A DNA stretch of 64,000 nt from assembly GCA_963716205.1 (NCBI GenBank), contig OY970290.1, positions 30,411 through 94,410 of the forward strand, written 5' to 3'. Each line of letters begins with the position of its first letter. Within the stretch, counting starts at the first letter, position 1. This document shows positions 18,543 to 27,808 of this stretch, piece after piece. Origin of the DNA: an uncultured bacterium. Lineage in GTDB: Bacteria; Patescibacteriota; Minisyncoccia; Phycocordibacterales; GWA1-40-21. Under the pieces are notes generated by a model. That model worked only from the letters and a program-made list of their open reading frames with translations. It did not search any database and was not told where the DNA came from. The translations under genes and the position numbers were made by a program.

Positions 18543-18800
18543 TTATTTCAAATTATCGACGCCGTTTCCGAGATTTTGGAAATCAAGCGATGCGGCATCG
18601 TTTTGAATACTGTTCAAGTCCTCTTGTGATGAAGAAGCAATCTGCTGCCTTAATGCTTCAATTTGTTTTTGTTTCTGGACGCTTTGCTCGAAGAAATAAA
18701 ATGCACCGACAATGAGCATGACGATAATGATCAATATCCCCGAAGTCGTTCCTATTTCATTTGTTTCTTCGTTTTTTTGCATAATATTTTTTTCCATCAC
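18543..18800 (-). CDS. Small single-TM hypothetical protein
   Basis: 85 aa, one TM, then a Q-rich coiled-coil-like tail. Confidence 0.4.
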   Translation of the reverse strand: MMEKNIMQKNEETNEIGTTSGILIIIVMLIVGAFYFFEQSVQKQKQIEALRQQIASSSQEDLNSIQNDAASLDFQNLGNGVDNLK

Positions 18801-18802
18801 AC

Positions 18803-19321
18803 TTATTCTTGAGAAGAAGTCGTTGCTTGTTGCATTTCATCCGAACTTGTCGCAGATGACGATTCCTGTTTGAGCATATCTATCAAATTCAATATTGATT
18901 TGTGGGAAGTTTCAATAGATATTTTTGCCGCGATACTCTCCGTTTTAATACGAGAGATGATGACGTTTCGGGTGCTTGTCGAAGTCGGAACTGCCAATGC
19001 ATTTTCCAAATCGAGCACATTATTTGCGGAATTCGCAATCTCGGATTTTGTTTCATCAAAAAGCGCGCTTGAAGAGGCTACATCGTCTCCCGCTGCCTGC
19101 ATTTTTGAAATGCATGAACCGATCCTTTCAATGAGGTTGTTCAAGCTTGCAATTGCATTTTCAAAACCTTGCGCCACTTCAAGCCGCTCTCCATCAAGGG
19201 AATGTTTGACCACATCAGTTTTTGTCTTTGTCGAGGCGAGAAAATCTTGGGCATACGAAATACTGGACGCGCCAAGCGCGAAAACAGTGATGATTGCCGA
19301 TAAGTAAAATATCTTTTTCAT
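18803..19321 (-). CDS. Secreted hypothetical protein
   Basis: Signal peptide (MKKIFYLSAIITVFALGASSISYAQD). Helical low-complexity S/A-rich protein of 172 aa. Confidence 0.5.
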   Translation of the reverse strand: MKKIFYLSAIITVFALGASSISYAQDFLASTKTKTDVVKHSLDGERLEVAQGFENAIASLNNLIERIGSCISKMQAAGDDVASSSALFDETKSEIANSANNVLDLENALAVPTSTSTRNVIISRIKTESIAAKISIETSHKSILNLIDMLKQESSSATSSDEMQQATTSSQE

Positions 19322-19348
19322 AATGCGATTCTACAATACTTTTATCTT

Positions 19349-20554
19349 TTATTCAATTCCTTTGTCATTTTCCGCATATTCCGTCTCGACATATTCTCCA
19401 TCGACGGAAACAATGTCTATTTTCCAGCCGGTAAGCTTTGCCGCAAGGCGCACATTTTGTCCGCCTTTGCCGATGGCAAGCGATTGCTGATCCCGGGCGA
19501 CTTCCACCGTCGCTTTCTTTTCCGTTTCATCGATATTGATGGACAAAATTCTGGCAGGAGAAAGAGCTTCCTCGATGAATTTTTTCGGATCGGCTGACCA
19601 TTCAATAATGTCGATTTTTTCTCCGCCCAACTCCGACATGACCGTCGTCACGCGAACACCTCTTTGTCCGACAAGCGAGCCGACCGGATCAATATGATTA
19701 TCTTTTGACGCAACGGCGATTTTGGATCTCGAACCCGCTTCTCGCGCGATGGATTTCACTTCAACTGTTCCCGCACCGAGTTCCGGAGACTCCGTTTTAA
19801 AAAGTTCTTCCAAGAATTTCGGATGGGATCGAGAAAGTCTAAGAAAAATTCCTTTTGGTGTTTCTTCCACACGATACAAATATCCGCGGATTCTTTCTCC
19901 CGGCTTATATTTTTCTCCCGGAATCTGTTCTTCATAGGGAAGGATGGCGGTCGCTCTGCCCATATCGACAAAAAGATTTCCCCGTTCAAGTCTTTGCACA
20001 GTGCCGGTGACAATTGTTCCTTCCTTTTCGCCGTATTCATTGAATACCGAAACCTTTTCCGCCTCGCGGATTTTTTGGACAATGACCTGCTTTGCCGTCT
20101 GCGCGGCGATTCTGCCGTAGTCACTTTTTTCTTCAAGCGGAAAGACGAGCTCGTCGCCGATTTTCACGTCTTTTTTTATTTTTTTCGCGTCTTCAAGGAA
20201 AATATGATGCTCCGGATTGTAATAGACGACTTTTTCGCCTTTTTCATTTAATTCTTCTTTTTCTTCTTCAATCCTGCGGGATTTTTTGAACCGCTCGTCT
20301 GCTTCCTTATCCTCATTTTTCTCTTCGCGCATGACGACGCTGTTTTTATCCACAACGGTTTTAACTTGGATGAATTCCATTTTGCCGCTGGTAAGGTCGA
20401 CTTTTGCCTTTATAATCTGTCCTCTTTTTCCATATTCTTTTTTGTAGGCGGTGGCAAGCGCCATTTCAATAGCCTCGATCATTTTCGCTTTCGGTATACC
20501 TTTTTCCTGCTCCATTTGTTCGATGACTGAGTTGATGACTTTGAGATCTATCAT
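19349..20554 (-). CDS. nusA: Transcription termination/antitermination factor NusA
   Basis: N-terminal domain, S1 domain and two KH domains. A K/E-rich insertion is present. Start set at MIDLKVINS; the upstream extension in the track is read-through. Confidence 0.85.
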   Translation of the reverse strand: MIDLKVINSVIEQMEQEKGIPKAKMIEAIEMALATAYKKEYGKRGQIIKAKVDLTSGKMEFIQVKTVVDKNSVVMREEKNEDKEADERFKKSRRIEEEKEELNEKGEKVVYYNPEHHIFLEDAKKIKKDVKIGDELVFPLEEKSDYGRIAAQTAKQVIVQKIREAEKVSVFNEYGEKEGTIVTGTVQRLERGNLFVDMGRATAILPYEEQIPGEKYKPGERIRGYLYRVEETPKGIFLRLSRSHPKFLEELFKTESPELGAGTVEVKSIAREAGSRSKIAVASKDNHIDPVGSLVGQRGVRVTTVMSELGGEKIDIIEWSADPKKFIEEALSPARILSINIDETEKKATVEVARDQQSLAIGKGGQNVRLAAKLTGWKIDIVSVDGEYVETEYAENDKGIE

Positions 20555-20712
20555 ATATTTATTGATTATTTTGTTATTATTTAAAAAAATGAGCTCGCCT
20601 CGCGGCGAACTGCACACCCTCATCATACACGGTTGTTATTTATTGTCAATCTTTGCTATAATTATGCCTGCTTATCAATTATTTATTTTAATTTAACAAA
20701 TTTAAAAACTCC

Positions 20713-23700
20713 ATGAAAAAAACATTATTCATTGCGGCAACATGCATCGCATGCCTTCTCCCGTTCAATTCCGTTTTTGCTCAAACTGCTTCTTCATCCG
20801 CAGGTTTTATTGTCGCAACGGTTGATATCAATAATACAAAAATTGTTTCAGAAAACGGCAGAAACTTTGTTTTATCCTTCACTTTGGCGAATGAAAGCGG
20901 AGCACAGCCGCAGATACAATATGCCGTTAAATTGACCAATGCATCGGGCAACAGCCCAATCATCTACGATGAGCATGTGTATAATGAAATGCTTTCAATC
21001 GGACAGAACGAACATGTCAATGAGACGATCAATTATTCGATCCCAGATGCATTACCTGCCGGAACGTATCAATTATGGATTGAAGTGAAAAATGAAAGCG
21101 GTCTTCCGCTCGGCTCGGCATACGCTGGCAAAGCGATAATTACGGACAATGTTTCGAACACCGTTGAAATCATTCCGAATTCTTGCAGTTTCAATAACCA
21201 AACATTTATTGCAACATGCTCGATCAACAGTTCTTTCCAGACAACCGTAACTTTTGTTCCGACGTTTGTCACAAAACAATATTCAATTTTTGGCACAGTT
21301 ATTCCACAAACAGGAGGTGGAAATTCAAATATCACCATTCAAACAGGTTCGAGCACCATATCTGTCAGCGTGCCGAAAGCAGAGAATTCCGGAAATGACA
21401 ATGTAACTTTTTCACTTGTTTCAGCAGATGGAAGCACAACCTCAAATGAAGTGAATTTTATGTATACGCTCGGCACAGAGCTTGGTATTATACGAAATGT
21501 CATTTTTGATAAGACGTTTTATAAAGCGGGCGATACAGCCAATGTGCAAATCTTTTCAAATCAGAATGTGGCGAGCACGCTTACTCTCTCTGTCGTCGAT
21601 AGTTTTGGAAATTCCTGCGCAAGCCCAGTCAATGTTACTGCCACAAATGCCGCCGTTACAAAATTGCAAGTCCCAATAATAAAAGACTGCGTCAATCCGA
21701 CAGCAAATGTTACTTTGTTCACAGTAAGTGCAACAGGCGCAAAGACAATTCTGGATTCGAATAATTTCAAGATAAACAGCCCGCAAAATATCGTAGCGCA
21801 GGAAGCGGCGCAAGCATCAAGCGCGACGAATACGATTATTATCATTGTTATTGTCATTATCATTTTGATTATCCTTTTAAGCGTCGCGTTCCGCAAAAAG
21901 AAAAATCAGACAATCGTTGTTATCATTGCCGGATTGTTTATTTTTGGACTTGCACATTCTGCAAAAGCATTGACGATAGATTATCCGATCAACGACAGTA
22001 GTGGCTGGCAGGGATCGATTGATTTTACTTTGTCTGGAGTACCGACAACAGTTTCTCCCGAATCAGGAATTGCAGTGGGGGTAGATGCTTACATAAACCA
22101 AGGTCCATTTTCTCTCGATCAACTTAATTTTTCTGTGAACGGTAATGTATTGCACATGATCGCCGGTGCGGGAAGTTGTCAGTTTCCAAGTGTCGGTCAG
22201 AGCGGTCAGAGCGTATCTTTTTTTGCACCTTCAACTGTTGGTGCTGCTACCCTTAACCTTTCTTACTACATATCTGATATTTATGATTGCGGCAAAGGCG
22301 GAGAGAAAATTTCTGTTTCACAAACGTTCAATAACCCGGTTACTTACGATGTTGTAACTCCGCCGACATTTACCTCGCCAGCTCCAGGATTTACAATTTC
22401 ACAAGGCGCCTCAACAACTTTGTCGTGGACTTCAGGCGGTTACAATTATTGTTCGATAGCACAAGAGCCGCAAGATGGAAGTGCTTCTTCCACAATTGTC
22501 GTCGGATCCCCGATTGTTCCCCCCATTTATCAATTTACCGGATTCAATAATCCGAGCGGAGTGGCGTATGATTCACTCGGTAATATTTTTGTTGTCGACA
22601 CGGGAAATAATGTTGTCTATAAATTTGATGCTTCAGGAAATAAAACTACGATCGGCAACGGCCAGCTGAATAGTCCGACGGGAATAGCTGTGGATTCCTC
22701 AAATGATCTTTATGTGTCGGATTCCGGGAACAATCGCATTGAAAAATTTACCCTTTCAGGCGACACATATACTTCAAGTGTGTTTGGAAATGCGAATGGT
22801 GAATTTGTTTCAGTCGATTCAAACTCCGATGTTGCCACTTCACCGAATGGAACCACATGGACAGTAAAATCAAAAGCGTTAGGTTCGAGCAATACTTGGA
22901 ACTCGGTAACTTACGGAAATGGAACATTCGTTGCTGTCGATTCAAACTCCGATGTTGCCACTTCACCGAATGGAACCACATGGACAGTAAAATCAAAAGC
23001 GTTAGGTTCGAGCAATACTTGGAACTCGGTAACTTACGGAAATGGAACATTCGTTGCTGTCGATTCAAACTCCGATGTTGCCACTTCACCGAATGGAACC
23101 ACATGGACAGTAAAATCAAAAGCGTTAGGTTCGAGCAATACTTGGAACTCGGTAACTTACGGAAATGGAACATTCGTTGCTGTCGATTCAAACTCCGATG
23201 TTGCCACTTCACCGAATGGAACCACATGGACAGTAAAATCAAAAGCGTTAGGTTCGAGCAATACTTGGAACTCGGTAACTTACGGAAATGGAACATTCGT
23301 TGCTGTCGATTCAAACTCCGATGTTGCCACTTCACCGAATGGAACCACATGGACCGTAGGTACCGGTGCTATTAGCGGGGGCAGTAACAATGTGTGGAAT
23401 TCCGTAACCTACGGAAATGGAACATTCGTTGCGGTTAATTCAGGATCAAGTGTTGCAACTTCAAGCAATGGTAGCAATTGGGCAAAAGAAATCGGCACTC
23501 TCTTGGTCAGCGGAAATAGCAGAGTTTGGAACTCGGTAACTTACGGAAATGGAACATTCGTTGCTGTCGATTCAAACTCCGATGTTGCCACTTCACCGAA
23601 TGGAACCACATGGACAGTAGAATCCACCGCTTTTGGAACTAGTGAAAGTTGGAATTCCGTAACCTACGGAAACGGAATAATACCTTTTCCGTTCAATAAT

Positions 23701-25335
23701 CCGACAGGTATATCCATTGATTCTTCCGGCAATGTATATATCGCCGATACAGGAAATAATGTTATTGAAAAATTTAATTCTTCCGGAAATTATATTTCCA
23801 GTATTTCTGGATATTCAATAACAACGACAAGTCATGGCCACCAAACAACAACCGGTTATACATTCAATAATCCTACAGGTGTAGCAGTAAATTCTTCCGA
23901 TGCCGTTTATGTGGCTGATGCAGGCAATGATCTTATTGAAAAGCTTGATTCTTCCGGCAATTATATTTCTGAAACGAGTATTCCGGGAAATACAAAATAT
24001 GGCGCTACTGCTTCTTCAGAGATTGCCATCGATTCTTCCGGCAATGTTTATGTCGCCACCAATGTGAGCGGCGGTTTTGTCACGGAATTTAATTCCTCTC
24101 TTAGCGAACAGCTTGCCCAGCTTAGTGCCAGCGCTTATTATCCTGGTATTGCTGTCAATTCAAATGATGCCGTATCGGGTGGTGAAGCTGTATATATTGA
24201 AAAACAGGGCACAGGTCTTGTAAAATACAATTCTTCACTCAATACTGCTTTGAATCTCGTACCGCAAACAGGCAATCCAGAATTCTCTGGTGCCACATCA
24301 ACGCTTCCGATAAATGCCAATACCAATTTTGTGCTTTCATGCACGGATATGTTTGGAAATATTGCGACAAGCAGTTTGCTGATAAATTTGAGTGGCGCCC
24401 CGACTGCAGATATAGAAGTTTCTTCGAGCACAATCACTTCCCAAAATCCCGGCGGCACGACAACGGCAGTGAATGCCGGAGATCCAGTATATCTCTCATA
24501 TAGCGGATCTGGTTTGAGTTCATATACTGTTTCTTCAAATCCTGATATTGTCGCAGTGTCATCAAAAGGATCAAATAATGTTGCTACGGTGTTGGATAGT
24601 GAAACTGGAATTGCTCCATTTGGTAATACGAAAGTCGTTAATATTACTCAAAAAACAACATTCACTATTCAAGGTACAGGAACAAATGGATCTCCGGTGA
24701 TAAAAACTGCAACTGCTTACATAAAGCCGATAGCTCCAAGTGGTCTTTCTGCAACATCTTCTTGTGGTGGAGTAAGTCTATCTTGGACACCTGTTTCAGG
24801 AGAGGGAATAACATACAATATATACAGAACTGATACAGCGGGATCAATTGCTTCAACTGTGAATACTTATTATACTGATACCACTGCGGCAAACGCTTCC
24901 GAAAAATATACCTATTATGTTACTGCAGTAGAGGATAGTGTAGCTGAATCAAATCCATCGGGAACTGTCTCGGCAACTATTCCGGCTTATTGTAACCAGC
25001 CGCCAGCAACATCAGGAGCCACTTCTTGTTCGGCAAGCCAGGTGAATTCAACTAATCCGACGGGGACTCCTGGAGGAATCATTTACGTAAACCAACAGAT
25101 GACATGGACTATGAATAATATTGACCCATCAACGGTGATAGGTACTATCTGGAGCGGCACAGGCTTGCCATTGTCCGGCATAAATACAAGTGGAATATCA
25201 TTAAGTAATATTTACACTACAGTCGGTCCAAAAACAATAAATGCTACAACAACCTACGGAACAAACGGGAGTATTTATACGGCGACGTGTTCGACAACAG
25301 TGAGATTGGCACCGGGAACGAATCAGGAAATATAA
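20713..25335 (+). CDS. Giant (1540 aa) cell-surface protein: signal peptide, Ig-like N-region, internal two-helix TM hairpin, NHL repeats, about 8 copies of a ~41-aa WNSVTYGNGTFVAV repeat, C-terminal FN3-like domain
   Basis: Signal peptide cleavage around AQT. Hydrophobic hairpin at aa ~375-420, with RKKKNQ between the two helices. NHL-type motifs (NNPSGVAYDSLGNIFVVDTGNNVVYKF). FN3-like segment (PSGLSATSSCGGVSLSWTPVSGEGITYNIYRT). Confidence 0.8.
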   Translation: MKKTLFIAATCIACLLPFNSVFAQTASSSAGFIVATVDINNTKIVSENGRNFVLSFTLANESGAQPQIQYAVKLTNASGNSPIIYDEHVYNEMLSIGQNEHVNETINYSIPDALPAGTYQLWIEVKNESGLPLGSAYAGKAIITDNVSNTVEIIPNSCSFNNQTFIATCSINSSFQTTVTFVPTFVTKQYSIFGTVIPQTGGGNSNITIQTGSSTISVSVPKAENSGNDNVTFSLVSADGSTTSNEVNFMYTLGTELGIIRNVIFDKTFYKAGDTANVQIFSNQNVASTLTLSVVDSFGNSCASPVNVTATNAAVTKLQVPIIKDCVNPTANVTLFTVSATGAKTILDSNNFKINSPQNIVAQEAAQASSATNTIIIIVIVIIILIILLSVAFRKKKNQTIVVIIAGLFIFGLAHSAKALTIDYPINDSSGWQGSIDFTLSGVPTTVSPESGIAVGVDAYINQGPFSLDQLNFSVNGNVLHMIAGAGSCQFPSVGQSGQSVSFFAPSTVGAATLNLSYYISDIYDCGKGGEKISVSQTFNNPVTYDVVTPPTFTSPAPGFTISQGASTTLSWTSGGYNYCSIAQEPQDGSASSTIVVGSPIVPPIYQFTGFNNPSGVAYDSLGNIFVVDTGNNVVYKFDASGNKTTIGNGQLNSPTGIAVDSSNDLYVSDSGNNRIEKFTLSGDTYTSSVFGNANGEFVSVDSNSDVATSPNGTTWTVKSKALGSSNTWNSVTYGNGTFVAVDSNSDVATSPNGTTWTVKSKALGSSNTWNSVTYGNGTFVAVDSNSDVATSPNGTTWTVKSKALGSSNTWNSVTYGNGTFVAVDSNSDVATSPNGTTWTVKSKALGSSNTWNSVTYGNGTFVAVDSNSDVATSPNGTTWTVGTGAISGGSNNVWNSVTYGNGTFVAVNSGSSVATSSNGSNWAKEIGTLLVSGNSRVWNSVTYGNGTFVAVDSNSDVATSPNGTTWTVESTAFGTSESWNSVTYGNGIIPFPFNNPTGISIDSSGNVYIADTGNNVIEKFNSSGNYISSISGYSITTTSHGHQTTTGYTFNNPTGVAVNSSDAVYVADAGNDLIEKLDSSGNYISETSIPGNTKYGATASSEIAIDSSGNVYVATNVSGGFVTEFNSSLSEQLAQLSASAYYPGIAVNSNDAVSGGEAVYIEKQGTGLVKYNSSLNTALNLVPQTGNPEFSGATSTLPINANTNFVLSCTDMFGNIATSSLLINLSGAPTADIEVSSSTITSQNPGGTTTAVNAGDPVYLSYSGSGLSSYTVSSNPDIVAVSSKGSNNVATVLDSETGIAPFGNTKVVNITQKTTFTIQGTGTNGSPVIKTATAYIKPIAPSGLSATSSCGGVSLSWTPVSGEGITYNIYRTDTAGSIASTVNTYYTDTTAANASEKYTYYVTAVEDSVAESNPSGTVSATIPAYCNQPPATSGATSCSASQVNSTNPTGTPGGIIYVNQQMTWTMNNIDPSTVIGTIWSGTGLPLSGINTSGISLSNIYTTVGPKTINATTTYGTNGSIYTATCSTTVRLAPGTNQEI
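22810..23350 (+). repeat. About 4.4 perfect tandem copies of a 123-bp coding repeat, then degenerate copies to about 23690
   Basis: Identical nucleotide units (gctgtcgattcaaactccgatgttgccacttcaccgaatggaaccacatggacagtaaaatcaaaagcgttaggttcgagcaatacttggaactcggtaacttacggaaatggaacattcgtt). The tandem repeats also generate the mirror antisense ORFs in the track. Confidence 0.9.
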
Positions 25336-25340
25336 AAAAT

Positions 25341-25372
25341 AAGGGCTTCGCTAAAAATAGCGAAGCCCTTTT
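25341..25372. terminator. Bidirectional terminator hairpin (aagggcttcgc-taaaaata-gcgaagccctt)
   Basis: Perfect 10-bp stem with flanking A and T runs, between convergent genes. Confidence 0.65.
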
Positions 25373-25390
25373 CGAAACAAAACCTATTTT

Positions 25391-25843
25391 TTAAGGAATT
25401 GTGTATGGCCCAGTTGTGTGCGTATCTCCCCCACAACATCCAACATGATGATCTATGTTTGATCCGGAGACATAAACATCTTCCTCGTCCGTAGTCGATC
25501 CATTTCCATTAAAGTTGACTATCATATGGACCACACTACCCGAGTGCCCGATGCAAGTCACAGCCCAAGAAATTCCACCGATGGGTATTGTGACATTTTG
25601 TTCCACCCCATTGCCATCCCAGTAATTTATTAATCCTGTTGGGGCAATGTTGTTGGCAACGGTAACAGCGTAAGAAAAGGTTACTGTTGGTATTGCTGTC
25701 GGTGATGGTGTTACCACTGGCGTGACGATCGGTGTTGGCGATGAGCCCCCACCCAATGACGGATCCGTCGGAGACTTGCTGCATGACTGAAGCAACAAAG
25801 TTCCAATGAAAGCAAACATCACGACAAAAAATAAATTTCTCAT
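25391..25843 (-). CDS. Putative lipoprotein / secreted hypothetical protein
   Basis: Signal peptide ending LLLQSC (lipobox-like), a P/T-rich linker, and a beta-rich domain of 150 aa. Confidence 0.5.
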   Translation of the reverse strand: MRNLFFVVMFAFIGTLLLQSCSKSPTDPSLGGGSSPTPIVTPVVTPSPTAIPTVTFSYAVTVANNIAPTGLINYWDGNGVEQNVTIPIGGISWAVTCIGHSGSVVHMIVNFNGNGSTTDEEDVYVSGSNIDHHVGCCGGDTHTTGPYTIP

Positions 25844-26042
25844 GACACACCTCCCGATGTGATTAAGTTTTGGTTTCTAACTATTTGATTTGAAGGGTAT
25901 CAGGTCTCTTGCGAGAACCCTTTACTAACGTTCCTTTTCATGTTACACTATTTACGATATTTTGTCAAGTGGTGGAATATTCAACTGAAATTGAGGCTTT
26001 TTGTTCACACATCATCATTTTTTCTGATATAATAATCAGCAA

Positions 26043-27797
26043 ATGCAGCTTGAACCGAAACAACTGAAAGATTTTTTGATCGATACCGGACTTATCACAC
26101 GGAGTGAATATGACGATATCGAAAATCAAATAAAAGCCGGCGAATTCAAAGATACTATCGACAAAGTGCTGGTCTCTTTGGGGAAAATTTCAGAGGATGA
26201 TTTGCGGCGGGCGCAGGCGCACACCTTCGGCATACCGTTTGTGGATTTGAGAGATCAGAAAATAGAGCCGGAAGTTCTTTCTCTCATTCCGGAGCCGGTG
26301 GCGCGAAAGAATAACATCATTGCGTTCAAGAAAAATGCCGATTCGCTCGAAGTGGCAATGCTTGATACCAACGATCTCGCCTCGATCGAATTTATCAAAA
26401 AGAAAACCGGAATGAAAATCCTGACGCGACTGACCGATACCGAATCCATCAAGAATGGAATCTTGCAATATCAGAAAAGTTTGAAAGCGGAATTCGGCGA
26501 CCTGATACAAAAAGATCTTCTTGCCATCAAAAATGTCGGCGCAGCGGGCGAGGAGCTTGAAGAGGAAACGCTGAAAAAAATCGCGGAAGATTTGCCGGTC
26601 GTCCGCATTGTCGAAACGCTTTTGAAGCACGCGATTCTGCAGAATGCATCCGATATTCACATTGAGTGCATGGAAAACAATGTACTCATACGCTACCGCA
26701 TTGATGGCATTTTGCACGATGCGATGGTTTTGCCGAAAATCGCGGCGACATCCATCACGGCGAGGATCAAAGTCCTTTCAAATCTGAAGCTCGATGAAAA
26801 ACGGCTTCCGCAAGACGGGCGATTCAATATCGATCTAAACGGAGAAAAAGTTTCTTTCAGAGTTTCAATCATTCCGACGTATTTCGGAGAAAAAACAGTC
26901 ATGCGGCTTTTGCGGGAGAGCGTCGGCAATTATTCCTTGGAGTCGACCGGTTTTCACGGCATCAATCTCGAAAGAATTCATGAAGCGATGCGCCGGGCAA
27001 ACGGCATGATATTGACCACCGGTCCGACCGGAAGCGGAAAGACCACGACACTCTATACGATACTTGAAATTTTAAACACGCCGAACGTGAACATAGCGAC
27101 GATAGAAGATCCTATCGAATACCAAATGATGAGAGTCAATCAGACTCAGGTCAAGCCGGACATCGGATTTACGTTTTCAAACGGTTTGCGGTCTCTCGTC
27201 AGGCAGGATCCGGATATCATCATGGTTGGAGAAATCCGTGACAACGAAACTGCATCGCTTGCCGTCAACGCGGCTTTGACCGGACATTTGGTCCTCTCGA
27301 CGCTTCATACGAATTCCGCTTCAGGCGCGATACCGAGATTAATCGATATGAAAATAGAGCCGTTTCTTTTAGTTTCCACGATCAATATTGTCATGGGACA
27401 AAGGCTGGTGAGAAAACTTTCAAAAGAAAAACAAAAATACATGCTTTCAAAAACGGAGCTTGCGTCGCTTGCGAAGATTGTCGATCTGGACCGCGTCCTT
27501 TCTATTCTCAAATCCGAAAATATTATCGGCAAAGACGATGAATGGGCAAAAATTCCTTTTTACAAGGCGGTGGAATCTGCGGATGCCAAAGACGGCTATT
27601 CTGGCAGAATCGGAATCCATGAAGTGATGAAAATTTCTCCAGCAATACGTGATCTCATCATGAAAGGCGGCACGTCGCAGGATATTGAAAATCAATCGCG
27701 CAAAGAGGGGATGATTACCATGGTTGAAGACGGAATTTTCAAATGCGTTCAGGGTCTGACAACGATTGAAGAAGTGCTCCGTGTTGTGACAGAATAA
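26043..27797 (+). CDS. pilB: Type IV pilus assembly ATPase PilB (GspE family, with N-terminal T2SSE_N domain; copy 2)
   Basis: Walker A LTTGPTGSGKTTTLY and an N-terminal GspII_E_N-like domain. Immediately upstream of pilC. Confidence 0.9.
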   Translation: MQLEPKQLKDFLIDTGLITRSEYDDIENQIKAGEFKDTIDKVLVSLGKISEDDLRRAQAHTFGIPFVDLRDQKIEPEVLSLIPEPVARKNNIIAFKKNADSLEVAMLDTNDLASIEFIKKKTGMKILTRLTDTESIKNGILQYQKSLKAEFGDLIQKDLLAIKNVGAAGEELEEETLKKIAEDLPVVRIVETLLKHAILQNASDIHIECMENNVLIRYRIDGILHDAMVLPKIAATSITARIKVLSNLKLDEKRLPQDGRFNIDLNGEKVSFRVSIIPTYFGEKTVMRLLRESVGNYSLESTGFHGINLERIHEAMRRANGMILTTGPTGSGKTTTLYTILEILNTPNVNIATIEDPIEYQMMRVNQTQVKPDIGFTFSNGLRSLVRQDPDIIMVGEIRDNETASLAVNAALTGHLVLSTLHTNSASGAIPRLIDMKIEPFLLVSTINIVMGQRLVRKLSKEKQKYMLSKTELASLAKIVDLDRVLSILKSENIIGKDDEWAKIPFYKAVESADAKDGYSGRIGIHEVMKISPAIRDLIMKGGTSQDIENQSRKEGMITMVEDGIFKCVQGLTTIEEVLRVVTE

Positions 27798-27808
27798 ATT
27801 TTAATACC

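Noticed and set aside
20555-20626. N-terminal extensions of several track ORFs (nusA from 20626, AI-2E transporter from 33202, dcd from 43924, pilB copy 1 from 12182, tyrS from 6392)
   Set aside because: The extensions have no homology, and they overlap neighbouring genes or intergenic promoters. Conserved N-terminal motifs begin at internal Met codons, which were used instead.
22748-23375. Track ORFs 22748..23350 (-) and 22857..23375 (+) with internally repeating sequences
   Set aside because: They are frame artefacts of the 123-bp tandem repeat inside the giant surface-protein gene. The sense frame is part of a continuous 1540-aa ORF with a signal peptide and recognisable domains.
22810-23690. 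Possible CRISPR array (regular direct repeats)
   Set aside because: The repeats are 123 bp and contiguous with no unique spacers, and they lie in frame within a long coding sequence. There are no cas genes nearby.
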